A DNA stretch of 64,000 nt from Eledone cirrhosa. Lineage: Eukaryota. The notes under the pieces are model-generated. The model saw only the letters and a list, made by a program, of their open reading frames with translations, had not been told where the DNA came from and did not search any database. This document shows, piece after piece, positions 25,791 through 39,566 of this stretch; positions within the stretch are counted from its first letter, which is position 1, and every line of letters begins with the position of its first letter. Both the position numbers and the translations under genes were made by a program. The stretch is taken from the NCBI GenBank assembly GCA_964016885.1, contig OZ024741.1, forward strand, positions 276,210,001 through 276,274,000, read 5' to 3'.

Positions 25791-27184
25791 CATATATATA
25801 TATGTTCAGTACAACAATGAGCTTCTGCAGTTTCTATCTTTGAAATTTTTTTTCTCACAAGGCACTGGTCAACCTGAGGTAGGAATCACATGTCCAAGGT
25901 GCTCCATAGTTGTACTGAACCTGAAACCAAGTGCCTTGTGGAAAAATTCTTCTAACCCAATGTAGAAGTTAGATTAATAACGTTCCATCTTTAGTTTCAA
26001 TTATGACTTCCCTAACACCTTAACCCAGAGGTGGGTAACCTTTTTATGTTGAAAAGCCGCATTAAGCTGCTTCTAATATAATAGGCTGCATTCAAGAAAC
26101 GATAATTATATATGATCTATTAATTTTTTAATTCTGGCTGTCTGTCAGTGAGGATTATTTTGTTGAATTTCCTTTTACTCTTTGGTATTTAAAATACATC
26201 CATCTTATGGTTTAAATTAAAATAAGAGATAGACAAAAACATTAATAAAAATTAAAAACTTGAACATTTAAAAGGCTGCACAGAATGGCAGAGAAAGCCA
26301 CAGGTTCTCCAACTCTGGCTTAACCCAATCAATGTAGAAGTTAGATTAATAATCTACCTTCTTTAATTTTAGTTGTGACTTCACTAACACCGCCTTGACT
26401 TTGATTAGCAAATACTCTAAGGCACTGGTCCCAAACTGTGTGCGCCAAAGGCTGGGGTCATGCAAGACAGAAAGCGAAAAGAAAAAAACAAGCTCACCCA
26501 AACACTGACCAGACATTGCCTCTCCTGTTACTGCCAGAATTCTATTCACATGTAACTAGTGATGGAAATGGGTTTTAGGAACTTGGTTAGTGAGTATGAT
26601 AAGGTATGTGAGACAGGTTAAAAAGGAAGGGCATACAATCTGCTGGTTGCAACTCCTAGGATTTGAACTCAGAATGCACTTAGTCTGAATCAGATCAGAT
26701 ACCACAAAGCATCAAGTCCTACTCTTTAACAATTCTGCCACCAAATCTGTTGTCCCTGGAATCATATTTGTCGTGCTTTTCATATTTTTGGCAGGGTTTT
26801 TCTGGCTGAATGCCCTTCCTAACACCAATCATTTTACAGCGTGGACTGAGTGCATTATTCGTGCCACCACCACTAGAGAGTTTGCTTTACTGGACTTAAG
26901 AGTTCTCTCTACCCTGTATCAGTTTTTATTTGGATCATCTACTCTCTTAGACGGGTTGCTTTCACTACGGCTTACAGAGCTCTACGTTTGCCCTTGGTCT
27001 TTTATTTATCCAAAAGGATGAAAGGCAAAGTAGACCTCGATGATATTTGAAATTAGAATGCTGAGAGCTTGAAATCAATCTACTGCTCAAATGACTCAGC
27101 CATTTTGCCACTTTACTGATGAAGGAAAGGTGATAATCTCCAAAAGTTTTGAAGTGTTGAAAGCAAGTGAGACATGTCAGTTCA

Positions 27185-27432
27185 ATCTGTAACGTGGTCA
27201 TGTTGGTGACATAACAAAAAGTGCCCAATCTACCCTGTACGGTGGTCATGCTGGTGACATGAAAAAAGTGCCCAGTCCACCCTATAAGGTGGTTGTGCTG
27301 GTGACATGACAAAAGTGCCCAGTCTACTCTTTAAGGTGGTTGTACTGGTGACATGATAAAAAGTGCCCAGTCCACTGTGTAAGGTGTTCATGCTGGTGAT
27401 ACAACAAAAAGTGCCCAGTCCACCCTGTAAGG
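27185..27432. repeat. 48-bp RTE-UTR-related minisatellite (~5 copies)
   Basis: Same unit family; further arrays at 41545-41720, 41995-42430, 60495-60850. Confidence 0.75.
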
Positions 27433-30400
27433 TGAGACATACACACACACACACACACACATACATGATGGTTGCAACTCGATTTCAAGTAATGCTATCG
27501 CTTGACAATTAAGTATGGGGACTTGCCTACGGCCATCAATACCATGCATCGCAAAAACTGTCACATATCAAGCAATGCCTGTGCTTTAAACTTTTTTAAG
27601 TGAGGAAAGGCTTTGCACAGAGCCAATCCCACTCTCTTAACATCGAATGCACTTGCCCCAAAAGTAGAACTGATCTACATAATTGGATGCAAACAAAATT
27701 GCAGGTTTTACACCAGAATGACCTTTTCCTAGAGAAGACTAGGGGTCTCTCACACCACTGACCCTAAAAAAAAAAAAACTATATTGGATGGCCATTGACT
27801 TTCCTGAATTCCCCCACCCTTTGTATATACATACAAGTGTGTATGAGTGTTTGTTTATGTCCCATAACCTATCAGTTCGACAAAAAGAGATCAATAAAAT
27901 AAAAATCAGACTCGAATAAAAAAAAAAAAACAATGAAGAAGAAATATTGTAGTCAAAATGATCGAGTTTAAGGTTGTGCTCTAGCATGGCCACAGTCAAA
28001 TGACTGAAACCAGTAAAAGAATATATAGAATGTAACTATTAATATCTGTACAATACATACAATACACAAGCTGTTATATTCTCATCATATTCTTTTCTAT
28101 TTAGACAACGTTCTCCTTGATTTCACTGAAATGTAAATGGCTGTAGAAATGATTGCTAACCAAACAACCAGATGAATACTTGGTCTCTTTGACAGCTTTG
28201 CTAATGGAATGTTGTCTTGAAAAGAAGAGGAATTCTGTTAAACATTAGTAAAGCTAGGCTACTAATAGTTTGCACTAGGTGTACATGTTGGTTAATAAAA
28301 TAGATGGCTGGTCAGGAATTGAAACCAACTGGTGGCAAAACTGAAACCTTTTCCAAAAATGGTAGTTTCTGGAAAAGTGAAAGCATGTTATTAAATCATG
28401 TTGTACTGAGTAGAGTAAAATTGGAGATTAATATTTAATCTTCTCTACCCACCTTCCCCACCTCTCTCATTTTATATGTAGATATATATCATCATTGTTT
28501 AACGTCCATGGGTTAGATGAGTTGTCCCATTTGAGACAAGTTGGGTCAGGTGACTGTGTCTTGCTCATACAGAACTGTTTTTGGCTAGGTTTGTATGGCT
28601 GGATGCCCTTCCTAACACCAACCACATTTACAGTGTGTGCTGGGTGCTGTTTGTCATGACTTCTACACAACCACTTCACAGTGTGGGCTGGGTACTTGGA
28701 TATATATATATATATACAGTGCAGATGTGGGCTCCATAAGTGAAGGCAACCCATCTAGGAGAGTAGACACTCCAAATAAGAACAGATATGGGGTAGAGTC
28801 TTGAGTCTAGAAAGACCTCGCTAGTGCTGGTGACATAAATAATGCACCCAGTCCATGCTGTAAAGTGGATGGTGATAGGAAGAGTACCCAACCAGAAAAA
28901 ATGCTACCAATAATATGGAAAGCACAACAAATATGATTCACACTAATTGCATATACAGGGCTAATACTCGTCATGTTAGTGCTGTTCATGGTAGTTGAGT
29001 GGCTGAAGTAGAGAAGTGTGAGAACCCCTTGACCATCATCAAGCAATCACACAGCCTTTTTCCCTTCAGTGTGCATAGAACTTTGACTTGAGAAAGTAAC
29101 AACTGTCAAGCGAGTCCTGTCAGAAGCAATTGTTTCCAACTGATCCAGCTGGATCCCCAAGTGAGACCAGCTGAGCTCATGGATGTTATCCAACTGGGTC
29201 TCCAGTACTTGATTTATACTTTATTTTATAAACTTCAGAAGGATGAAAGATAAAGTTGATCTTGGTAAAATTTGAACTCAGAACTTTACCCCTTTAACAT
29301 TTAAACTGACCGTATCTGGCCAGAATTCTCTCACTTTTTTCTGTTCAAACCAGTTGCTCATACCAATGTTAAGGTATTTTTTAAAAAAATAAATAACATC
29401 AAAATCTCGTAGCTTCAAAATTATGAGGTAAAGCCTTTACTGTGAAAATATAATAGTAAATATAGAGTAATGTAAATACTAAAAGGGTAAGGCATATAAC
29501 TTAATACCAGAAGACCCTTTGTGCTATTCTTTAATTATTAAGCAGGAGAAAATATTTTGCTAGTAAATTACAAGTGTTCTGGTCTGCTCAGTATACTGCA
29601 AATAATTTCAACAGAAAATATTTGGTGTCTATTCCTGCTATCTGGGTGAAATGGGGAAATGCAGAGTCCCTAAAATATATTAAATGTGTTTTCACTGACT
29701 GCTAATACACAGTCCATGGGTCTGTGTAAAGAACCTCTTATCCATTAAGCCATTCTATGCCCATCAAATGCATTATATGAAGGTCAGCTGAAAAATTCAC
29801 ATTCTGACTATGAAGGAGGGATGCTAGAGCTGTGAAATCTTGCATGCATTAATTTCAACTCTTATCATTAATAACTACATTGTTTCTTTCCAGCAACTAT
29901 ATAGAAAAATAAACCTTATTTGGTCATTCAATGAGAGTATCTTGGTTAGCCTATGAACTTTTCAGCCTATGAAGGAGTGATGCTAGAGCTGTGAAATCTT
30001 GCATGCTTTAATTTCAACTCTTCTTATTAATAACTGCATTGTTTCTTTCCATGGACTCTGTTGGAAAATAAACCTCATTTGGTCATTTCATATCAACCAA
30101 ATCTTAAATCTATGTATGTATGGATCCATAACTTCTGGTGAAGTCATAATGACATTTTTTAAAACCTGGCCATTTCCTCTTCAGTTCTGAACACAGATTT
30201 CTTCCAGAGAAGGAGAGAGAGTGTATATGTGATAGAGATGGAGTGAGAACAATAAACGAAAAAATCGACCACAGTACCAGACTGGTACTTTTTTTTATCG
30301 ATCACGAACGGATGGAAAGCAACGTTGACTTGTGGGATTTGAACGCAGAAACCCGAAATTAATATTGCAACGCATTCTATCCAACGTTCTAACGACTCTA

Positions 30401-31625
30401 TCAATTGGCCACCTAAATCTCCAATACTAATTTTCTGTTATCGTCCTTGAAATAGGAACCTCAAGTGTTAAACCCTCAAAAATACTAGAACCCCAAACTT
30501 CTCAATGGAATGATGCTTGCTACAAATGTCAATCAAAGGCCTCAAGCCCTTTTCAATCGGTTCCTTCCATCTCATACGCTTACTCGCTTTGATCGATCGA
30601 CAAGATCCCAGACCTCATTCGCTTGCCGAGTGGAGTGGACCTCGTCAAATCGGACCAAGGAAAGAATGTTTCCATTGGTCTTTCCAATGCTGATACTATT
30701 TACCGGTCGCAATTCCTGGCATAAGGAGTAACGGGAAATAAAATGTCTTGCTCAATGACACAAGTCATCACCCAGTCCGAGAATCCAACTCTCTAACCAC
30801 TAAGCCACACGCCTTCCATCTCATAGGCATGTTTAAGCAGAAGACGGCGTGTTCTGTGTGTAGTCCCTTGACCTGTTAGAAATAGCTACAACATTTCCCT
30901 CAAATAATATACAGTTATGCCAATAGATCATAAGTATTCTCCTTCAAAGTTGACCTAAGCTTAAACAAAAACAACAGTAATTCTTCCCGAACATCAATAA
31001 ATAACTTCATAGATTTGTTGAAGAATTAGAGTGTCTGACAAAACGACAGACAGTCGTTTACATTCTGTGTTCAAATTTCACTGAGGTCAACTTTACCTTT
31101 CACATTTCAAGGAGTCAATTTAATATTCATCTTAGAAGGAATTCTAGACTTATGAATGGAATTATAATTTTTTAAAATTCAATCACGTTGTGATTTCGAA
31201 TTATCTCCCTTGACCAGTCAGTGCGTCCTCCTTCTTCTCCGCCACCTCAATACATTATATAAGCTTGTTTCATCCTCTTTCTCTCTCTTTCTATCACCCC
31301 TCCCCCTCTATGTGTGCATACATCGCAGTTACTTGCTCTTGTTTCATCCCGTGACAGACAACATCACGGTATCGTCCTCCAGAAAATACCAATCTCTTAC
31401 AACGATATCTGTTTGGAGAGATTAGCCAAATCAATTGACCTTTATACCTTTTCTTTTACTTATTTAAAAAGCAAACAATAACAACAAAACAGATAAATTA
31501 TCCTTCTTTCTCATGAAGAAGTGAATATCTAATCTATAAAGCTTAAAACACTCCATTTCTTTTTACAAAATTTGGACGTAATTGTATCTGCAACCACTGC
31601 GACTTCGACTAACAAAATATCAACG

Positions 31626-31734
31626 ATGCCATTACCAACCAAACCGATGGTACCCGAGATTATGGGAGATATTGCGGCCAGAAATGTACATAAAATGGCC
31701 ATCACTCGAGATTATATCTCACAACCGAGACTAA
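31626..31734 (+). CDS. ATP6V1B: V-type proton ATPase subunit B, exon 1 (MPLPTKPM...AITRDYISQPRL)
   Basis: RDYISQPRL motif followed by A|GTAAGT; phase 1 fits exon 2. Confidence 0.9.
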
Positions 31735-32329
31735 GTAAGTGCTGTGTTGTTTGTATCGTTTGGATCTTTCCTCTGATTAAAAAACCCCCACTAAAACACC
31801 TGCTAGAAATAGCAGTCAGATTCCTAAAATCACACCCCCTACTGCCATAAAAAATAGAATAAGAAACGCGTTGTATAGTGTAGTTATATAAATATATATA
31901 TGTGTGTGAGTGTGTGTGTGATTTTAATTCAAGTGAAAAACCAAAGATGATACTTTAAATCATTTTATTTTTTTAAACCAATTAATACATTGAGCTTTCA
32001 CGTATTTGGTAACAAACGAGTGATATATCCACTCCTTTCATCTTATGCACACAGATACATATATATATATAATTGTGTGTGTATAAGGGGGTGATTAAAT
32101 CTGAAATGCCTTTGATCCAAAGGTCAGTTTAGTCAGGGCTGACCTGAGGATAAACAACTTATGTAGGTTTCTAATTCCCCAAGCCAAACACGAATGGGCT
32201 TTTACTTAGTCATTCAACATGTTAAACGTATACATTAGATATTGTAATATGTAAAAGAAAGACCGGAGTGTCATGTTTGGAACGCCTTCTATCATAGGGC
32301 TGCTGTATCAGGGTTAATGGAATAATAAT

Positions 32330-32551
32330 ATACAGTATATATTTATTCATTATTGTATATCACCTTGACCGACCAGTAGGTATATATATACAGTATATAT
32401 ATATATTCAGTATATATATATATTCAGTATATATATATATATTCAGTATATATATATATATATTCAGTATATGTACATATATATATATATATTCAGTATA
32501 TATATATATATATATATATTCAGTATATGTACATATATATATATATATTCA

Positions 32552-32592
<41 letters not shown>

Positions 32593-34622
32593 GTATATAT
32601 ATATATATTCAGTATATATATATATATTCAGTATATATATATATATATTCAGTATATATATATATATATTCAGTATATATATATATATATTCAGTATATA
32701 TATATATATATTCAGTATATATATATATATTCAGTATATATATATATATATATATTCAGTATATATATATATATTCAGTATATATATATATATATATTCA
32801 GTATATATATATATATATATTCAGTATATATATATATATATATTCAGTATATATATATATATATATTCAGTATATATATATATATATATTCAGTATATAT
32901 ATATATATATATTCAGTATATATATATATATATATATTCAGTATATATATATATATATATATTCAGTATATATATATATATATATATTCAGTATATATAT
33001 ATATATATATATTCAGTATATATATATATATATATATTCAGTATATATATATATATATATATTCAGTATATATATATATATATATATTCAGTATATATAT
33101 ATATATATATATTCAGTATATATATATATATATATATTCAGTATATATATATATATATATTCAGTATATATATATATATATATTCAGTATATATATATAT
33201 ATATATTCAGTATATATATATATATATATTCAGTATATATATATATATATATTCAGTATATATATATATATATATTCAGTATATATATATATATATATAT
33301 TCAGTATATATATATATATATATTCAGTATATATATATATATATATTCAGTATATATATATATATATATATTCAGTATATATATATATATATATTCAGTA
33401 TATATATATATATATATATTCAGTATATATATATATATATATATTCAGTATATATATATATATATTCAGTATATATATATATATATTCAGTATATATATA
33501 TATATATTCAGTATATATATATATATATTCAGTATATATATATATATATATATTCAGTATATATATATATATTCAGTATATATATATATATATATATATT
33601 CAGTATATATATATATATTCAGTATATATATATATATATATATTCAGTATATATATATATATATATATTCAGTATATATATATATATATATATTCAGTAT
33701 ATATATATATATATATATTCAGTATATATATATATATATATATTCAGTATATATATATATATATATATATTCAGTATATATATATATATATATTCAGTAT
33801 ATATATATATATATATATATTCAGTATATATATATATATATATATATTCAGTATATATATATATATATATATATTCAGTATATATATATATATATATATA
33901 TTCAGTATATATATATATATATATATTCAGTATATATATATATATATATTCAGTATATATATATATATATATTCAGTATATATATATATATATATTCAGT
34001 ATATATATATATATATATTCAGTATATATATATATATATATTCAGTATATATATATATATATTCAGTATATATATATATATATATTCAGTATATATATAT
34101 ATATATATATTCAGTATATATATATATATATATATATATTCAGTATATATATATATATATATATATATTCAGTATATATATATATATATATATATATTCA
34201 GTATATATATATATATATATATTCAGTATATATATATATATATATATATTCAGTATATATATATATATATATATTCAGTATATATATATATATATATATA
34301 TTCAGTATATATATATATATATATTCAGTATATATATATATATATATATTCAGTATATATATATATATATATTCAGTATATATATATATATATATATATA
34401 TTCAGTATATATATATATATATATATATATTCAGTATATATATATATATATATATATATTCAGTATATATATATATATATATATATATATTCAGTATATA
34501 TATATATATATATATATATTCAGTATATATATATATATATATATATTCAGTATATATATATATATATATTCAGTATATATATACTGAATATATATATATA
34601 TATGTATATACTGAATATATAT
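32330..34622. repeat. Compound (TTCAG(TA)n)x array, ~2.3 kb
   Basis: Roughly 100 variable-length units; the last two are inverted (TACTGAA at 34582 and 34609). Confidence 0.95.
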
Positions 34623-35993
34623 GTACACACACATACGTAAATGGATCAATTACTACTTCACTTTGTTTATATATATATATAATACACACATACACAAAGA
34701 TTACATTATCAAATGTGTTCTTTTTTGAGGCGGAGGTACGACTAGGATATATATTATATATATATATACATGCACACGCACGTCATTGAGCAAATATACT
34801 ATCTTCACTGTTCTATATTTTGCTGACAGTTATCTCCTTTCACTCGCAATGTCTCTTTGTTGAGAAAAAGAAAGACAGACAGATAGAGAGGAGGACATGT
34901 AGAGAGCGCGTGTGTGGGAAAGAGAGAGAGGGTGTGCGTGTGTTTGGGAAAGGGTGTGTGAGAGAGAGAAACTGTTAAAGGTGGGTCCTAAAACAATTAA
35001 CAATTGCAACAGTTGCAGTAATAATAGTAGTACTCCTAATTTTACTAAGTTTTACAGATGTTTTTGAGAGCTATAGTAGTTTATATCGATCTCTAAGTAT
35101 TTGATTGCTACTTTAATTAACCCCTATCTCGCCCTAACATCAAAGATTGAAGGCAAGATTTGAACTCGGACTCTAAAGCGATGCATTGTCCGTCCAATCG
35201 TATTACGATTCTGTCAATCCTATTAAAAACAATTATTTTATAGCTTGGTCCCAGTTTTACCATTCAAATAACCCACTACGACTAAATCCTATTAATAATA
35301 GTTATTTCTGATTTAGGCACAAGGTCAACAATTTTAAGGGGGAGAGGACAGTCCCTTAAATCGACGCCAGTGCGTTACTGGTACTTTATTTTATCGACCC
35401 CGTAAGGATGAAAGGCAAAGCTAACCTCTACGGGATTTGAACTGAGAACGTTAGAATGTCGTAACTAAACACCACAAAGCATTTGGCCGGTAGTCTACTG
35501 ATTTAATAATAATAATAAACAAAATAAAAGAGACATACAAACTGGATAGTTACAGTTAGAATGGCTTTAATGATGGAATATATTTATCCGTAATCTCCAA
35601 TTTGGTTGGGAGATGGATGTTTTCAGGTCGGGGGAACCACAGAAAACGATTAATTTAAGATGGATTTGAAGTTTATATTATTCGAAACGCGTAAACAATA
35701 AATCAGGTAAACAAATTTCACCTTAAAAATTCTATCCAAACTTGAAATTAACCCATCCTTAAAATTAAAGTTGTTTCACTATTACACACGCCTCTAAGAC
35801 GGGTGTAATAGTAAAAATTCACTGATATATATATATATATATATATAACGAAGGAAATGTGGTAAGGAACCAGGTGGACCATAACGCACCAAAGTACTCA
35901 ATACTTAGGGTAGTAGAGTGAGTAATAGGAACGAGTAGAACCCCGACGGCTGAGCTCAAGCCGTTTCGACGGCTAATTCTCTCTCTATATATA

Positions 35994-36046
<53 letters not shown>

Positions 36047-36159
36047 TCCAGAAATAGTCGTCGAAACGGCCTGAGCTCTGCCGTCGGGGTCTAACATTTT
36101 CCTATATATATATGAAAAGAGTCAGCATTCCGACGGCTGAGCTCCGACCGTTTCGACAG

Positions 36160-36294
<135 letters not shown>

Positions 36295-36434
36295 GTATGG
36301 TGGTGGAACACTGGAAGGTAATATCCGTAGTGGTAGATAGGGCACTCAGTCCAAGGGACGAGTTAGGTAGAAGTGGTTACACAAGTTAGTTCATCATGGT
36401 TATAGGAACAGCCGTTCCTATAACCATGCCCATT

Positions 36435-36474
36435 CCGAGCTGAAGATGTGCTAAGGTGAAACAATTGTTCTCGG
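36435..36474 (+). ncRNA. Minimal hammerhead motif with degenerate stem II
   Basis: CCGAG-CUGAAGA-UGUGCUAAGGU-GAAA-CAAUUG-UU/CUCGG: perfect stem I and palindromic stem III. Confidence 0.55.
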
Positions 36475-36501
36475 TATGGTGAACTAACTGTTGTGTAACC
36501 A

Positions 36502-36554
<53 letters not shown>

Positions 36555-36557
<3 letters not shown>

Positions 36558-37019
36558 ATTAAACAAATAGAAACTACATTTATAAAACCATATTTATTTC
36601 ATTATATATATTTCAGGGATATCATATTAAAAATATGGTATGCCCTCTTCAGACAAAATACAATATATAAACAGTTTTATAAATAAATTTGACATACCTT
36701 AAAATTTTACAACTTCCATTTAAAAAGTTGTTATTTACAACTTCCATTTAAAACTTTTTAAATGGAAGTTGTAAAATTTTAAGGTATGTCAAATTTATTT
36801 ATAAAACTGTTTATATATTGTATTTTGTCTGAAGAGGGCATACCATATTTTTAATATGATATCCCTGAAATATATATAATGAAATAAATATGGTTTTATA
36901 AATGTAGTTTCCATTTGTTTAATATCGTAAAATACTCCAAAATCTGTTGAGTGCTTTTATATCAGTTATAAAATATTTACTCGTTGTAACCCAACACTTT
37001 TAAATAAAACTTTTGCATA

Positions 37020-37020
<1 letters not shown>
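36555..37020. mobile_element. Fold-back element (175-bp inverted arms 36555-36729 / 36752-36926), Penelope-pLTR-like
   Basis: One mismatch seen between arms; 22-nt spacer that duplicates part of the arm end; (TA)n flanks; hammerhead in both arms. Confidence 0.8.
36821..36886 (+). ncRNA. Minimal type I hammerhead motif (mirror copy 36595-36660, minus)
   Basis: UAUUUUGU-CUGAAGA-GGGCAUACCAUAUU.AAUAUGAUAUCCCU-GAAA-UAUAUA-UA/AUGAAAUA. Confidence 0.7.
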
Positions 37021-37061
<41 letters not shown>

Positions 37062-37265
37062 GTTAAGCAAAACAAGACCACAAATTTCACAAGGAAGACG
37101 TTATTTAAAGTGTCAACATAGTTGCAGTTTAATGTAAGGAATAAGGAGTGTAATTATAGTTTAATGTAAATAATAATAATAATAATATATTCAAAATATT
37201 AATATATATATAGACATTCATGTGATCAAATATATTTTATTATACATATTTCAGAGGTACTGAGC

Positions 37266-37331
37266 TATTTTATCTGATGAGGACGTACTGATGAAATAGC
37301 TCAGTACCCCTGAAATATGTATAATAAAATA
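37266..37331 (+). ncRNA. Minimal type I hammerhead motif inside inverted repeat 37190-37373
   Basis: UAUUUUAU-CUGAUGA-GGACGUACUGA..UCAGUACCCCU-GAAA-UAUGUA-UA/AUAAAAUA. Confidence 0.75.
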
Positions 37332-39214
37332 TATTTGATCAATATGAATGTCTATATTTATTAATATTTTGAAGTAATATTAACTCCAGAAAACCTCTGT
37401 TGAGTTAGTCGTTTAGTTTACATATTGAGATCCCCAACCCATTTTATTTATTTTATAACGTGTGTGATTTCTAATGTTTGTTGTTGTTTTTTGTCATGTA
37501 TGTTTTAAATGTCTAAAGAAAATTAATTGTCGCAGTAATGCTACAACTTAAAATAAAATTTCGCCGGAGATAGATTAGCAAAATTGAATAAGCGTGGGGA
37601 GGGGGGAAGATTATCCGAGGCCCGAGAGTAGATACATATATTCACCGTATACCTACAGACACTCAGAGATATTTGTGTGCATATACATATTTGTGTGTAT
37701 ATATATGTGTATGTATATATATATGTGTATATATATGTGTATATATGTGTGTATATATGTGTGTGTATATATGTCTATATATGTGTGTGTATATATGTAT
37801 GTGCGTGTGTGTATGTCTATATATATGTGTGTGTGTATGTGCGTGTGTGTATATATAAATGTGTGTGTGCTTCTTTCTCTCTGTTGTGTGTTCACTAATT
37901 CTATCTTGTGGCATGATAAAATGTTGTTTCGATACGTGTGGGTGGAGGAAGACAACTCTACTTAATTTATGTTATTTCAGGCAGATCATATCATATATAT
38001 CTTGCTTCTCCCTCCTCCCTCTTCTAATTTCGATTCTAATTATTATTTATTATTACCATTGTCCTATCGCCGAAAACTAGGTCTTAGGTTCGACTTTCTT
38101 GTGTTATATTTATAAGTGTCTGATAATCCCTGTTTCACTCAAGACCTTCCTTTAACTGCAAGTTAGACTACGATGGTAAAAATAGAAAACAAACAAAATT
38201 ATCAAACAAAATTTTTAAAAAAGCAGTATTTTGAAAAATATAATATTGTATATTATCAATCCCATTATTTGATTTAAGAATCGATAAATTAAAGTACCAA
38301 TCAAATAAAATACTCGCCTTACCACCATTGCGAAAATTACTGGCTTTGTGCTCAAAGTAGAACTAATTTTTATTATTTTGTTAGTGAATATTGCAATCAC
38401 TACTGCCTGTCGGTTTTTTTCTACAAGTATCTTGGACTGTACTTTCTTGAGTATACGATTAGTACGAAACACGTTCAGTCTTTTGTAGGAAAGATAGAGA
38501 TCTGTGATTCGAAGTCTGTTTAACTTAAGAACACAGTTATATAATCGCCTTTTATTCAGTTGTCTAAAAAATATAATATAATTAATTACGATTTTATTTG
38601 TCAGCATAATATTACAAATAAAAAAGAAGAAATGGGAAAGGAAAAAACAACACTCAAGCAGGTAATACACACACCTAGGACCACATACGACAAAAGGCAG
38701 GCGAAAGGGGTGGACAAACGAACCGCTGCCAGAACAGAAGATATCAATATCGCGAGGAGCACTAAAAAAAACTCTAATAAATTTTGAGGCAAGCCAGCAC
38801 GCTCACAGCGTTACCTCGGGTGATGGGGAGGCTGATGCGCTGGAACAGCAAGCGCGTTCACGAGCATCACCAGTTACTTGATTAGGCGAGCCGCCAGTGA
38901 AGATGAAATAATTGTTTCTACTTTAGGCACAAGGCCAGCAAATACCCAGTGCATTACTGGTACTTTATTAAACGCATAAAAGAGAGATAAAAGAAAAAGT
39001 GGGTGGGGGAAATTCACCCCCAAGTGCGACAATTGGTCGCATATCATACCAAATGGGTTAAGATAGGTACACTTTCAGTTTTAGCGGTATGAGCCTCAAA
39101 GCTTCGTTGACAACTGGAATTACCTTGATGTTGGGATTGACAACATTCATGGTGCCTTAATGTCTTCCTTAATGAACCCTTGTGCCTAAATCAGAAACAA
39201 TTAGTACCTTTTTG

Positions 39215-39566
39215 ATTTCCATGTGTCTAACACACGTGGGCATGCCCACAAAGTCAGAAAACAGCACAGTTCCCATGACTTTCGGAAACATTTTTTCACG
39301 CTCAGAGTTGCTGAAGCATGGAACAAACTACCTGCATCAGTTGTTAGCTGTCGAAACACTGCATCCTTTAAGGCCTCCATGCTTCCCGAGATCCGCCAAC
39401 ACTACACCTAATGTTCCCCCTCCATACGCATACACACATGTATACCATGACTCTTACACTATTCACTTCCCTGACATTTGTGTATTATTCTATGTACTAT
39501 ACATACACCTTTGACGAGTTGTAGTGCACCTGAGCACTTTACACAATAATTTCATTATTATTATTA
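39215..39566 (+). mobile_element. CR1-clade LINE 3' fragment with (ATT)n tail
   Basis: TRGHAHKV...RKHFFTLRVAEAWNKLP is a typical CR1 C-terminus; 3'-tip copies at ~21682-21736 and ~58811-58857. Confidence 0.85.

Noticed and set aside
22360-28260. Divergent plus-strand lncRNA (donor GTAAGT ~22363, acceptor ~28104)
   Set aside because: Only isolated splice-like motifs, no ORF or other support.
32330-34622. CRISPR-like repeat/spacer appearance here and at 55648 and 63200
   Set aside because: Eukaryotic context, no unique spacers and no cas genes; these are plain tandem repeats.
32471-34789. 772-aa and 686-aa YI-rich ORFs
   Set aside because: Translations of the TTCAG-(TA)n array; no protein features. 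The same applies to ORFs at 14979-15951, 36091-36345 and 37594-37965.
35650-35705. Hammerhead at TTCGAAACGCGTAA (and a similar remnant near 32000-32045)
   Set aside because: CUGANGA core is not intact; at most a decayed Penelope end.
38215-38670. 151-aa minus-strand ORF
   Set aside because: Non-ATG start, AT-driven composition, no recognisable domain.
38815-38870. Minus-strand ARE-ALAV...PR peptide resembling V-ATPase B exon 1
   Set aside because: Wrong strand and needs a frameshift; likely coincidence.
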